64,000 bases of DNA from Marsupella aquatica (taxonomy: Eukaryota > Plantae > Marchantiophyta): the NCBI GenBank assembly GCA_973895155.1, contig OZ316897.1, positions 18,696,457 to 18,760,456 on the forward strand, written 5' to 3'. The translations under genes and the position numbers were made by a program. The notes under the pieces are model-generated. The model was not told where the DNA came from, did not search any database, and saw only the letters and a list, made by a program, of their open reading frames with translations. Shown here piece by piece: positions 1-12,500 of the stretch; the first letter of the stretch is position 1, and the number at the start of each line of letters is the position of its first letter.

Positions 1-676
1 TGAAAGCCACTCCCTGGGCCTAGTGCCGTGATTTCTATAAAATTATAATTACAATTGAAAGCTACTCCCTAGGCCTAGTGTCTAGAGTGAAAACTCTATA
101 TAGACTTTGGGGATATGACTAAAAGTGAGGGTGCAGACAGAAAACCATGGAGCAAGGATGATCAAAACAAGTAGGGAATATTTTTTCAAGGTTCATTTTT
201 TATCTCACCTCTATTTACGTTCAAGGAAGGAGGGTAGTCAGGCTAACCCTTAGTGTCGTAGAACTACTTATCTCAAAGCGCTAGGCAGATTCTCTACAAA
301 AAATTAGAGGGCACTCACGAAGCAAGGTCAGCAAATGAACTTGTTTCATGCGATTACATCAAGCCGACCCAGATTTTAACTCACTACAATGCTCAGTTAC
401 AACAGACTAATTTCAAATTCTCCTTACGGTCCTCCTTCAACTCCCAAGATTCAAGGAATAGAAAAATATTGGTGATCATTAAGGCATCTCAAGGCTTCGT
501 AGTTATAAATCATGGCTTTTGGCCTTAAATAATTGGCCACAGTTTTTTCACATGGTTGCGTAAAAATTTGTTTTTTTCAGTAGCCTCTACACTGACTTAT
601 GGTTTGGCCAAAGGTTTTTCACAGGGTTATGTAAAAAAAATTAGAAATCTCACTAATCCCTATAGTGACTTATGGA

Positions 677-703
677 TTAGGGGTTTAGGGTTTAGGGTTA
701 GGG
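677..703 (+). repeat. Short interstitial plant telomere-like repeat, (TTTAGGG)2 plus degenerate flanking copies
   Basis: ttaggggtttagggtttagggttaggg read directly. Confidence 0.6.
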
Positions 704-1475
704 CATATTACCAATCTTCATGGGCAAAAGTTATGGATTATGAATTAGGTAGTCCACAACTTGTTCTGTTTGCCATTCATTAAATTTGATGGTTTCAGAC
801 CCCCATTTTATCCCAGGGGCACCAGCGACCATGAAAGTTAAAGACAGTCGACTCTGTATCGTGTTAGTAGGGCATCTCAAACTTCTTCATTTTGCCTCCG
901 GTCACTGTCGAGCACATTTTCCCGGAGAAAAGTGGCAGACACCAAAACAAGTTTGTGGACACGCTTGTGACCACAGATCAAAACTGGTACTTACAGGCCA
1001 GGTTTTTTTGGTTTGAGACTCCTTGTTACCACCCCAATCTGAACTGGTACTTTCAGGCCAGGTTTTCCTTCGGCGGACCTACAGGTTTGAGACACCCTAT
1101 TACTCATAATTTGAACAAACAGTGGGCAGCTTGTCAAAATTGACCAGAGAGCGGTTAGAGGCTTTCCAAGGTTTTGGCTATCTGCAATTAGTGTTTACTT
1201 GAACTTTTTCCCAGGCATAGGGGTATTGGGTTCCAAATCTGGAGATTTGGTGCGCAGGAACGTTAAGATCATGCCAGATCAGATGGTGCCGGAGATGATG
1301 CACAGAAAGCCCACACGAGCATTCCTGTTCTCGAATACTACTGTAGATGATGCAAGCATTCCTGTTCTTGAATACTAGCCTGATTATTCATGCTTTATTC
1401 ATGCTTTGAATCTAAGTAGAGATCGGGGAATTAGATATATATCCAAAAACAATTATGAGCTATTTTCCATTCATC

Positions 1476-1710
1476 TTTGCCACCTCTATTTTGTGTCTAC
1501 CCTCACTTTGTCTTTGCCACCCCTATTTTGCGTCCACCCTCACTTTCAGTTTTTGCCTTTGCCACCCCTATTTTGTGCCCACCCTCACTTTCAGTTTGTG
1601 TCTTTGCCACCCCTATTTTGTGTCCACCCTCCCTTTCAGTTGTCCTTATTAAAAGTTGAAGTCAACCTATTTAATGTCCACACTCACTTTCAGTTTTATC
1701 CTTATTAAAA
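1476..1710. repeat. Minisatellite, ~45-bp unit, 4 copies plus a degenerate fifth
   Basis: tttgccac(c/t)cctattttgtgtccaccctcactttcag starts at 1476, 1513, 1558, 1603. Confidence 0.85.
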
Positions 1711-2338
1711 GAAGTTAATGTCTAGAGGCCTCACTCTAGACCCAAACCCTGGAAAGCAGCTTTGCACACTCTTTCATCACTCTATATTAGAAAGATGACG
1801 AGGCTAAAGAGAAGCCTCAACTAAAACAGCTGCAATCAAATTGTGCCACATGAGACCCCTTCCTGAAGGTACTTGAGATGATACACATGATTCCAAATAT
1901 GACACGCACAATCAAAGCATACAAGCCATCTGAGATGATAGACGCTGTTCCCCGAGAGGCAATCAATCATATAAAAAAAAGTGTACAGAGACTTTATAGA
2001 AAGTTTGTGATAAAGCATGGAAAACGGCAGAATGACGAGCTTGCGAAGTACTGAATTTCCTACGGCTCCCCAAAGATTTTCCGGAAATGACTCAAAAAGT
2101 GAAATAGAACTTGCTAAGGCATGGTGGAATGTGCTCGACTGTCTCTAATTGGGTTGTGACCTTGGTACGAATGCTTTATTACAAACTTTCTTCGCGGTCT
2201 GTAGAACGAACACAGGTACTAAGGCAAAAATTCAACCAAGTTTGTTCTCAACCTTCAAACAAAAGAATGCTATTATTTGACACATGAGGGCTACTCCTAC
2301 ATCTACGTGATTTCGTGCTGCACATGCAACGTGTAGTG

Positions 2339-5300
2339 TCATTGTAGACCTCCACTGCCCATATTGCTCGGCAAATGATGCAGTTGCTGTTGCTGCTGCT
2401 GTTGCTGATGTTGGTGTTGATGCTGCTGTTGGTATTGATGCTGTTGCTGCTGATGAATCATGTACGCATTGTACACATCCATCGTCTGCACGACAAAGAA
2501 AGACCGTTAAAAACGAGACTTCCAATACCTTGCATAAACGAGAACGTAAATCCCTTCTCACGCCATCAGGAAACATCCATCTCCCTAAACCATAGTCTCT
2601 ACGTGAGTTCGCCAAATCATTCGTTACAAACGCTACATATCCATCTCTCAATCGACCTTGCTCAGATCTAACCCCTTTCCAATCTACGCAGAAGACATGG
2701 AAGTAATGCAAAATCACTAAATCACTCCTTCCAAAACAGCCTACATGCCCCTTCCCACTAACTGATTCACCATTCTAGACCCATTAAAATCTACCCCTTC
2801 GCAATCGCGACAGCTACAAAGAAAACCGCCAATACCTGAAAAACGAGACCAGAACTCCCTTCTAATGCTTTCAGTCTTACATCCGTGTTTCTCAACAAAC
2901 TCTACAATCCCTCCCACAGTCGACTCTCCCATCGTAGACGCAGTGTAATCTACGCCTTAGCAACTGCAACGCAACAGCGCGCACTACAAGACACGCGTGT
3001 TGTAATGCAAGTCCACCTGTGGAGTCAATTGCAGTGAGTGTTGTCGTGCAAGGTAGACAGACTCCAGGGCACTGGCACTGTTGCTTTGCAGGCGAAGGTC
3101 TTGGGAGTCTACCATTGACACAGCTGGTGAGGTTGCAGATACAGTAGTACGTGAGGCTCCCCCGTGGCCTTGGAGGTGAGGCATCACCTGGGAGACATTG
3201 TAAGATGCTCCCCCGTGGGACGGCATTTGGTGATGAGGCATCATTGGGGATCCGCTGTGTGAAGGTGCTCCCACATGGCTATGAGAAAGGTGGGGTATCA
3301 GGTGGGAGGTGCGTCCTGCTGCAGCCATGGAATTCATGTCCAGCATATGTCCCATTGGACCCATCGGCCCCATTCCCACCATCGGGCCCATTCCCATTCC
3401 GAGTCCCATGCCCAGTCCCAATCCCATTGGAGGCATGCCGCCCATTTGAGGCACCGGAAGATGCTGCATTCCGTTCGGAATCAGGGAAGGGATGCTCATT
3501 CCGCTTCTCATCGACATCATCTGCGAGACAGTGAAACGGGTCCCAAGTTAGATCAGTCAGTCCGCCTGCCAGTGACTCAAAGAAGAACAACAACAGAAAG
3601 GAAAGATGAAAGACCCAAAGCAAATGAAAACCTTTGTCACCCACGGAATTTAAGACAACAGAGACCCAAATCCACTCGATTCCTTTCTCGCCACTTTCAT
3701 TAATGACAGCAAAGACCCAATTGAAGCATCAAACGTGAAACAAGAATCAATCACAACAAGAAACTATGGCGAAAGCTGAACAACACAGACACAGCGGTAA
3801 GACGCGGGCAATCGAAAGCGTAGTACCTAATAGACGTATCATATACACAATCAGAAACAGATCGAAGAGGAGATTGAAAAAGTGAAGTCTAGTGACAAAT
3901 CCGATCAGACCCGGTACCAACCTGCAACTGGACCTGAAGCATCTTCAGGTACTCGATAGCCTCATCTAGCATGGAAGCCTTATCAGCCTGCTAAACAAAA
4001 CAGGTAATGTTGTCAGCCTCCAAACAAAAACAAATCTACTGCAGATGCATATGATTCATTACGAGAACGAATAAGCGGACTTAACCTTGGCCAGATGTGT
4101 ACCTTGTTCGAATTAGGTATAAGCTCTTGCAACGCCTTCATCTTTTCATTGATGCGGTCTCTTCGTCTCTGCAGCAGATAAAAGGTCGTGAGTAAAGGCA
4201 TGCCTCATTCAGGACGTTACGTAGATGTGTATGAACAAGAAAGGTTTACGACAGTTTCTCTACTGGTGAAATGTCAACTCAAGCACAACGCTCAGACGGC
4301 AACACTACTCACCCGCTCAGAAAGGTTGTGAACTTCTGCAGCCCTAGTCCTCTTCGAAGGGTTGGTCCGTTGTGGCTTCTTCAGCTCAACAACTTCGTCC
4401 TCCGCATCCTGAGAAAAAGCCCAATCTAACAGCGTTAGCTCGAGCATGCTCATCACACAGAAGGGGCCGAAGATGAACTGCAAGAGAAAGGAGGAGAAGT
4501 AGTCTAGAACAGTAACATCGCCATGAAATAGAGCTGTCCGGCAAAGAATCACTCACATCGCTTTGAACTTCGGACTCCTCTGGGTCCCTTCCTCGACGCT
4601 TGCGCTTGGGGACTACTCCTTTCGACGTGTTGCCCGAGCCGCCAGAGGAAGACGTGAGGGTCGGTTCCGGAGCCTCTGGATTTTGCGTAGGCGGGGTGAC
4701 AGCCGTGTCCGTGGTCGAAGGAGTAGCAGCCGCATTGCTCCGATCGTTGGAGTTCTGGCGATTTTCCGGCTCCGCCGCCCTGGATTCATGTTGATCCGCC
4801 GGCCTGGACTCAAAATCAACTCCTGCTGTCGAGTTGACAGCGACCTCAGCGGCATCCTTCGATGGCATGGACGAAGGCCAGCTAGATTCCATGGCCAGAC
4901 TCGGCTGCTGCGCGTCCGATGTGCCTTCTACCCCTCGGACATCGGAGTCATTCCTCGGAGCCTCCTCCAGCCTGGTTGTGGTCGACTCCGCAATGGAGGA
5001 CCCGGACGAGGCGGTCGAGTCGAAGGGCCGAGTGGTGGTGATCGGCATGTTCGGGTGATTGAGAAGAGTTCGCCCGCGGTTCTGGGTAGGGTTGCCATGG
5101 GACATGCCTAGACACTGCAGGCTGGCCTTCATGTTCACGGCCGGGTTCGAGAAATGTGAGAAATTCCTTGTCCCTTTGTTTTGGGCTGTGAACTGTAGAG
5201 GCCCAGGTTGAGCCTTCGTAGGTGGTAGCAACATAGTGGAAGAAATGTTGGGGATGCCGGAGGAGGTTCCCACCACTGGATCTCCCCTTAGCAGCTGTTG

Positions 5301-6316
5301 TAGTTGCTGTTGTTGCTGCTGTTGATGTTGATGGATCGGGGAGGTCGAGACACCTACGGTCTTCCCTGGATTAGCAGCAGTACTAGTGTTGATAGACCAT
5401 TTCCCGGCATACGGCTGCTGCTGCTGCGTTCTAACCTTGGTAAAAGCTTCAACCCCTGCCTGAGGAAGGAAACCGGCGGCGCGTCCGGCACCCATCACCA
5501 TAGCGGCATCTGCACTGGCCACTCGGTTCATGGAACCCTTCATCCCACCGGTGACAGTAGGAAGATTACGGCAGCCGGGCCTGCCTGCAGCTGTCGTGTG
5601 CTGCCCAACGGCGAGAGAGTCCTTAATTGCCTGTATCGACTGATGTGTATCGTTCGGGAGCTCGCCGAAGAATTCCGAGCAGTAGTTCCTCTCGAGACTA
5701 TCATCGAGAGGGTACTGCAACCACGAGGTCATCTCGTCGTCGATGATGGGATCGATTAATGGGACGTTCACCGCAAGGACCCCATTACTGGCGGGTGGTA
5801 GCGGCTCAGTGATTGTTGGTTTGGTGGTTGTGATTAAGCCCTCTGCTTCCTGCCGCGCGGGTGTCCAGTTGTTGCAATTCACTTGCCACTCGGGACTTTT
5901 CACTCCGTGTTCATCTGGCTTCGGCGCTATTGGTACATCCTCCGTCCACCCCGATGGAACGTCGGAAGATTGCCTGCAGCAGAGAAATAAGAGGAACATA
6001 TAAGAATCCGGAGAAGTTCCGAACTCATGCCGGGTAGGAAAACAGCTATCAAACTACTGTACTACAATTTCCCAAGCAACAAACCGTCTGCGTTCCAATC
6101 AGAGGTTCCAATCAGAGGGATCGATGGAGCTCCAGGCCCCGTGGTGGTGTGAAGGACTTAGCAATCTTACAGAGATGCCAAATCTGAAGCGGGTAACCCT
6201 TTCGGAAGTAAAGAAGTCCCCCACTTTCCCTTCACCGGAGGAAAATAATCAGTCGTGGCTACGATGGCATCTAACTCTCCACCGTGACCATCCCAATCTG
6301 GTACACAGTGAGTCAT
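2339..6316 (-). CDS. PIF: Phytochrome-interacting factor (PIF-type bHLH), ~813 aa. Exons: 6316-6171, 5973-4557, 4408-4313, 4168-4103, 3987-3922, 3520-3017, 2485-2339
   Basis: All introns are GT-AG and the phases join into one frame (2442 nt). Motifs: N-terminal MTHCVPDWD, DDEMTSWLQYPL, APA-like NFSHFSNP, bHLH [51 protein letters not shown] with the typical two 66-nt exons, Met/Gly-rich and poly-Q/H C-terminus. No APB (ELxxxxGQ) motif seen. Confidence 0.92.
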
Positions 6317-6319
6317 GCT

Positions 6320-6551
6320 CTGCGAGAGTACACAAAAGGAGTCGATAAAATCAAATGCCTAACGAAGCGGAGCACTGAGGCAGAAGGCAACCAGTTCAAC
6401 TCGGACTGCCAAGAGGTTCAAATACATACCCCAACCAACGGGAGGGCAACAGCGTGCTCCTGTTGCTAGGAGGGTGATGCAAGCGTACACCAAGGCAAAG
6501 GGACACGTCAAGTGAGCAAGCGGTGCTATTGCTCAGCGTCAGCTTGCTTAC
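6320..6551 (-). other. Probable 5'UTR intron of PIF
   Basis: Acceptor ctctcgcag ends 3 nt before the ATG; candidate GTAAGC donor at 6551 on the minus strand. Confidence 0.5.
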
Positions 6552-8651
6552 TTGACAGTAGTCCAGGTCGAGATATGAGAGATAGATTCTTCGGTCAAGA
6601 TATGCTCAGCTCGGCCGGAGAGCGCCTACTACAGCTATAACCATTCCCAGCATCTAGCAGGTCTCAAGAATCAAATACATTCACTCATTGATGAATTCGA
6701 AAGGAGAATAAGGTCATGAGAAAAGAGACTCACATGGATGGGCAACAAGCTGGAATATTCCACGTCGTAATCCTTGTTCAGACGGCGCGATCCGAAAACG
6801 GGACCCTGAAAGTTCAATTGAACATCCCACCACGTGCATGTTGGTCAACCCGAATAGAAGCGCTAGCTAAAACTTCTACTGTGATACTGTCACCAACTCC
6901 GACGACGGGAGGAGTTCCTACGTCAGCCCATTCTGCTGGATGATCATCCCAGATCATGCAAACTGTGGTCTTGAGGCTGAAATTACTCTCGAGCTGTAAG
7001 CCATCACTGTTTCCGACTACCGGCACATAACTAGTCCCAACATTTGGTGTATGAGTCCCTTAAGTTCCCCTCACTTCTCCTCTGCTTAAAGCAAGATTCT
7101 TTCGCCTGTACGAAGTGCCTGGATGGACATGACAGAAGCTTCTCTAAAGCCACCCCTTCAACAAATACTCGGACCCGTTAACGCACCGGAAGGACAGACC
7201 AACTCAACATGTCCGACACAACTCCTCCTGCGAGAACTCCTGAAGAGGCAGTACCCTGTCCGGCAGAACTAACCAGGCACTGTATGCGACACAAAGTTAT
7301 AAACTCAAAAGTCACAAACGAGGAGCAACGGCATTCCAAGGTCACCGAAACGGGGCACTAGACTAGCACAGACGGCGCAATCTTCAGACACTGTGAACTC
7401 TCCCCCAAACAAGTACTCTCAACAAAACTGTGACTCCTCTCAGACAGACAGGTACTCCACACACAACCCATGCCACCATGCGGTGGAAGTCCACGCAAAA
7501 GACCAATCAAGCAACTAGGCAAGAGAACAAATTTTGGCCGAGCCGAGGAACCAAGGAAGCAAGCAAGCCTTGATACAGTCACGTCTAGCATCAAATAGTG
7601 TAGCATCGAACTAGTTCGTGCTCGGGCTTGAGTGCACTTACGACATTCGACTCGCAGAAGCTTGTGACGGCCGCCCCTCGGGGGGCTAGCTAGGCCGCTA
7701 GCAGCCAACCGGCATAAACCAATTCCTCGACGATAACCCACCCGACCCTCAGAGGTCGTCGTCAATCCCTCCGCTTCCCGAGTACAGACTACCCGAAACG
7801 TCTTCGCTTCCGAAACTGGAACTCCGTCTAAGTGAGACAACGGCGGAAGCTACTGCTGCTACGCTTTCCTGATCTTATCCCAGAGGCAAGTGGCATTCTC
7901 AGTCATGATCCTGCATCAAACCCGTCATAAACCTTCGCGATTTCCACGCACAAACTCCCTCGTCTCCAGTCTTCTTCTACCAAAAAGCTCCGTTGCTAGT
8001 AGACAACTTACTCAGCCAAATCTCCTCCCCCTCCACTTGCCTCCTCCCTCTCCCACCCACTCCACTCTCTTGTATTTCCTCCGTCCTCGTCCGAGGTCGT
8101 CGTCGCTTGTCGATCAATCCCCTCCCCGCATCAGCATCGGTCAATCGCAAGAACCCTTCGGCAAACGCGCGCAACCTATTAATAATGGCCTCCAACACAG
8201 TCCTCCGCCGCAGAGAACGGAGATTTTATGACACAGAACGCAAGCCCAGATTTAGATTCTCGCTCACTGCCTCTCTCGTTCTCCTCTCGATGGGCGCTTA
8301 TCTCCTCAGGCGCATAGAACGGAAACGGAACACCAGCATACTACATTCTCTCTCACCCGTCTCTCGCTCGCTCGCGCTCTAGTCTCGCTTGCTCGATCGG
8401 CCTCGTCGACGACGGGGATCGGGAAGAAGAATGTCGACCTCCACGCATTTAGCAAGCACAAGGAAATCTGATTACTGAACTACATCGGGACCCGAGACGG
8501 AGGAGAGTAGTAGTCGGCCTTCGCCTCTGCTTTTCCACCCAAGTTGCACCCAAGCAAAGAGGGAGGCTCTCGATCTCTCTGCGCCACTGACTTCTGTTCC
8601 GCGAACATCTCTCCTCCCTCCGGCCTTCGAGGGGGGCCAGGCTTCCGTAGG

Positions 8652-8775
8652 GCCACGCCACGCCACGCCAAGCCACATCACGCCACGCCAAGCCACACCA
8701 CACCACACCAGGCTACGCCAGTCGCCAGACGAGGCCAGACGGGGCCAGAAGAGGCCAGAAGAGGCCAGAAGAGAG
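8652..8775. repeat. (GCCAC)n pentamer array followed by GAGGCCAGAA decamer repeats, upstream of PIF
   Basis: Six exact GCCAC units among variants (gccaa, accac) at 8652-8710; gaggccagaa/ggggccagaa four times at 8731-8770. Confidence 0.8.
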
Positions 8776-9072
8776 GCCCGATCAGGCAGGATCCGGCTTT
8801 GCTCAATTGCACCGTCCGCAAGTGGCCGCGACGGACGCTGTTTCTGGGCGGTGCGCAATTGAGGGTGGCCACTACTGGCCTGCCTCGTCCCGTTCTTCTC
8901 CCTTCTCTTGTGTACCCCCCTCTCGATCATTTTTTGTAGTGGAGAGCTGTAGGAGCGATTCTACCTCTGTGGAAACACAACATTAAATTGCTGGTGATTG
9001 ACCTAGTCAATTAATGATCTGTCCTCCTCTCTCCTTCATTTTAGTGGTCAAATTTAGTTTCGGGTTACTTTA

Positions 9073-9560
9073 GGGGGGCTTTACAAGACGTGGGGGTCGT
9101 TCACTCTCTCTCCATCCAGAGCAAAGCCAATGGCCATTTCCTTCCACAAAAGTTAAAATGCTTTACAAGACGTGGGGGTCGTTCACTCTCTCTCCATCCA
9201 GACCAAAGCCAATGGCCATTTCCTTCCACAAAAGTTAAAATGCCTGAGCCAAAATGTGTGAGGTATGAAAGTAATCAATGCAATTCCCTGAAAACAAGCG
9301 CCATTTGCTCCAAGTTTTTAGACCACCTCAAGAGGAGGTCTAAGTTTTTGACAAAAAAGCTTGCACAACTCAGCAAAAAAAGGACCCACCCACAAGGGGC
9401 CCACTGACAGATGACTAGGTTTGGTAATACTTTTGGTTCATTGTGCCCCCAAGTTCATGTAAAGTGAAGTGTGACCAGTTCCCACATATGAATGGCTAGG
9501 ATTGCATCTTTCACTTAGAAAAAATGGAATGGCTGCCCCCAAGTTCTTGTAAAATCCCCC
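9073..9560. mobile_element. Tourist-like (PIF/Harbinger) MITE with an internal 82-bp tandem duplication
   Basis: Imperfect TIRs GGGGGGCTTTACAAGA...TCTTGTAAAATCCCCC, TTA on both sides (9070-9072, 9561-9563); 9079-9160 repeated at 9161-9242. Confidence 0.7.
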
Positions 9561-12500
9561 TTACTCAACTGTACAATCCCATTAGTCACTTTCTCAACTA
9601 GTCACATACCCGTTTCTCACTCTAATGTTAGCTCTAAAATTAGTTATAGGCTCCCACCAGTGTCCATATAAAATGAGTCCAATACTCCCACTTTTTCACA
9701 TTACTCTCCTCAAGGGTGAGACGTTGCTCTACACTTTCAGGAAAAAAGGTCTAAAAATGGTGAAACCTGGTGTTTTGTCCTGGACAGTGGTGCTTTAAAG
9801 TCTGGAACTGGAACATCTCATTCATCTCATTTGAATCAAGACTGACAACACATCGAAATGATAACTTTGTTTCACCCAATTGTTTGTTGTTCTGAAATTC
9901 ACTTTTCTGTTTTTTGATCTTTTTATGGTTACTGGGTATAACTGTTCTTCCTTGCCTTAGTACATCAGACACAAACAGTTGTGTTTGTGTCTTGTTGAAA
10001 ACATCATTATTCTTGTTTGTGACGAGACCTGATGATGTGGCACAACGTTGTTCTAGTGATTTTGGAAGGAGCTTCCCTTGGGGTCCATAAAGACCCCAGT
10101 AGCCAAAATATACTCTTTTAAAAGTAATAGCCACCTTTGATTGACATTTGCTTAGTTTTTATCTTCCATCGGCCTTTTTCCTACCTAGCAACATAACCCA
10201 TTTGCTGGAATCTGATGGTGGTAGTTAAGTCTAGGAAGATCTAAGAGTCCAAAGTTAATATAGGAAAAATGAATAAAGAATAATCTTAGCATCTCCTCCT
10301 TCAGAAGGTGACATTCGCCACTCAAGTGGGTGTGTCAAAATGGGTGGTTTACAGTTGAGGGTGCCACATCCATGTCATGTCTATTGCAGATATTCGATGT
10401 GGACCATTCGCATTTTCACTATTGTGGAAGTATATCTTTATTTACTTTTTATTTATTATTGTAGGTTTTTGTGATCTGCATTTGCCCTGCTCTTTTCAGT
10501 TTCGTGTTTTCGGTCTCAACCCCTTTTTCTTTTATTCTTTTGTACTTTGGTTGGCCCCTTTTCATACATCGGTCCCTTTTCTGCAACAAAAAAAAGTAGG
10601 CAAAAAGTGCCTATCTGCTCTCCTCGGGCTCAGGACAGCAGCGAATTGAGGAGGAAACACCCATATGCCCAACTTGCTTGTGGACAGGGAATATATTGGA
10701 TTTCCAAACCACACAAGTGCAAGCAATTGTTTCACACTCGAGAGACTACGCTTTAAAAATTTCTTTCATTGAGAAAAATTATGTCTAACCTTCTAAATTA
10801 ATGGTTGTTCCTAACTTTCACAGCCAATTTATCTACATGTTTATATAAACCAAGATTATTTGATGGAAACCAGCCAAGGACCACCCATTCCCAGCATGTC
10901 CATTGACTCTCTAGTACTGAACTGAAGAGTCACTTTACGGTGGAGACTCCCAACTCCAGGTTTGGAAAAGGGATGTTCAAACTCTCTCTAGCTCATGGAA
11001 CCCCCATCTTGCTCTCCCAAGTGTGTTTGTGGACTTGGAGGCAGTCAAATGTGGATGATCATCAACTCCTCTTGGTGGTGTATCAGCTTTGGACCTCAGC
11101 TCTTGATGGGATGGAAGAAGGAGAGCTCCTCCACTTCCAACCTTCAAGTTGATTTAACTCGGACAACCAACAAAAGTGCCTTAGAAAGGCTGGTTGCATC
11201 TTATCTTGTGCAGACCACAGTAATCCACGTTGGCTGCTTGTGATGACTATATAATTGCTGTAGGGGTGTTGTCAACTCTTTACCCAAACCATTAGGGGGT
11301 TATAAAAATTATATTTCCAGGTTGGAATCTAGACTCGCTCTTCTGGGAAATCTCCCCAATATCTCCCTTTTGTCATGACCTTCGGTGACTTTGGGGAAGT
11401 GTTTCCTCCAATTCTACAAAGTTAATTTATTGCTTCGAAACCAAAAGTGTTGTCAAGTCTAAAACCCTTTTTCGTGGTTTTTTATATCCAACAATACCAA
11501 GGCCACATGACATAAATTGATTATGGAAGGGGAGTGGGTCCCATTCACAGTGATTGTTGTAATTAGGTGGAATGTTTAATGATTTGGATTAGGTACCTTT
11601 TGGAGGTCATGGTATATATAATTAGGCTCATATGCTATAACGAAGAACTACAGTAATTGAATTAGATACCATGGTATCCCCCATTTGAGGTTTGAATTAG
11701 ATCGTTCGCGTCTGTTTCTGGTACTGTTTGGATCAGATATGGGAATTCGTTTGACAGATTCAATTAGCAAGGTCTGGATAAGTACCTTCTCTTGTTAAGT
11801 TGGGATATATGCAGTTGGGAGAATGTCTTGCCACACTTGCACTCAACCCTTGAATTCTCGATAAGATATCTGGAAGATTTTTGTTTCTGACATGCAGGAG
11901 TGCCCGAGCTTGAAGCACTTTTCCACATCAAATAATATATGTGAATTGATGCAATCGAGAAATCAGGATCCTCATGAAGTTGCCAATCACCACCGTTGAA
12001 ACCCTATCTCTAATTTCTGCCCAAATTGTGAGAAGAATCTTCCAGCTTCAAATTCAGGCAAAGTTTCCAAACGCATGCCACATCACTGTTCATATTGCAT
12101 AGCAGGAAACAGTTTCTCACCCCCAAATATAATTTAAATCTAGTATGAAGGAACGTGTGCTGTATTATTTGTATTGAGATATCCCTGTTGGGATCTCAAT
12201 CCCTTGTCATTTAACAAATTGACCGAGAAGATGACCTTCATCAATCTAAAAGTAAATTCTACTGGGGAAAATGACTGGTTATGACTGTTCACACACAAAC
12301 ACTTCAGAAAACAATACTTCAAGAAGCCTAAATGATTGTTTGGGAGTCCCTCGTGCAAAAGTCATGCCAAGGCGTGACTGTCAATCTTCCTCGAGACAAT
12401 CCCATCCATACCAAAAGCTGACATTGGCTCCATGCAACTCACTATGCTAACGATTAACATCATTAAGAGCCCCTCAAGTTTTACCATCACCATATAAAGT

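Noticed and set aside
677-703. True telomere or chromosome end
   Set aside because: Only about 4 units, internal to the sequence
2375-2671. Poly-Leu ORF resembling a signal peptide or TM protein
   Set aside because: It is the antisense reading of the CAG/CAA-rich last PIF exon
4386-5999. 537-aa ORF as a stand-alone gene
   Set aside because: It is PIF exon 2 (4557-5973) with read-through into the flanking introns
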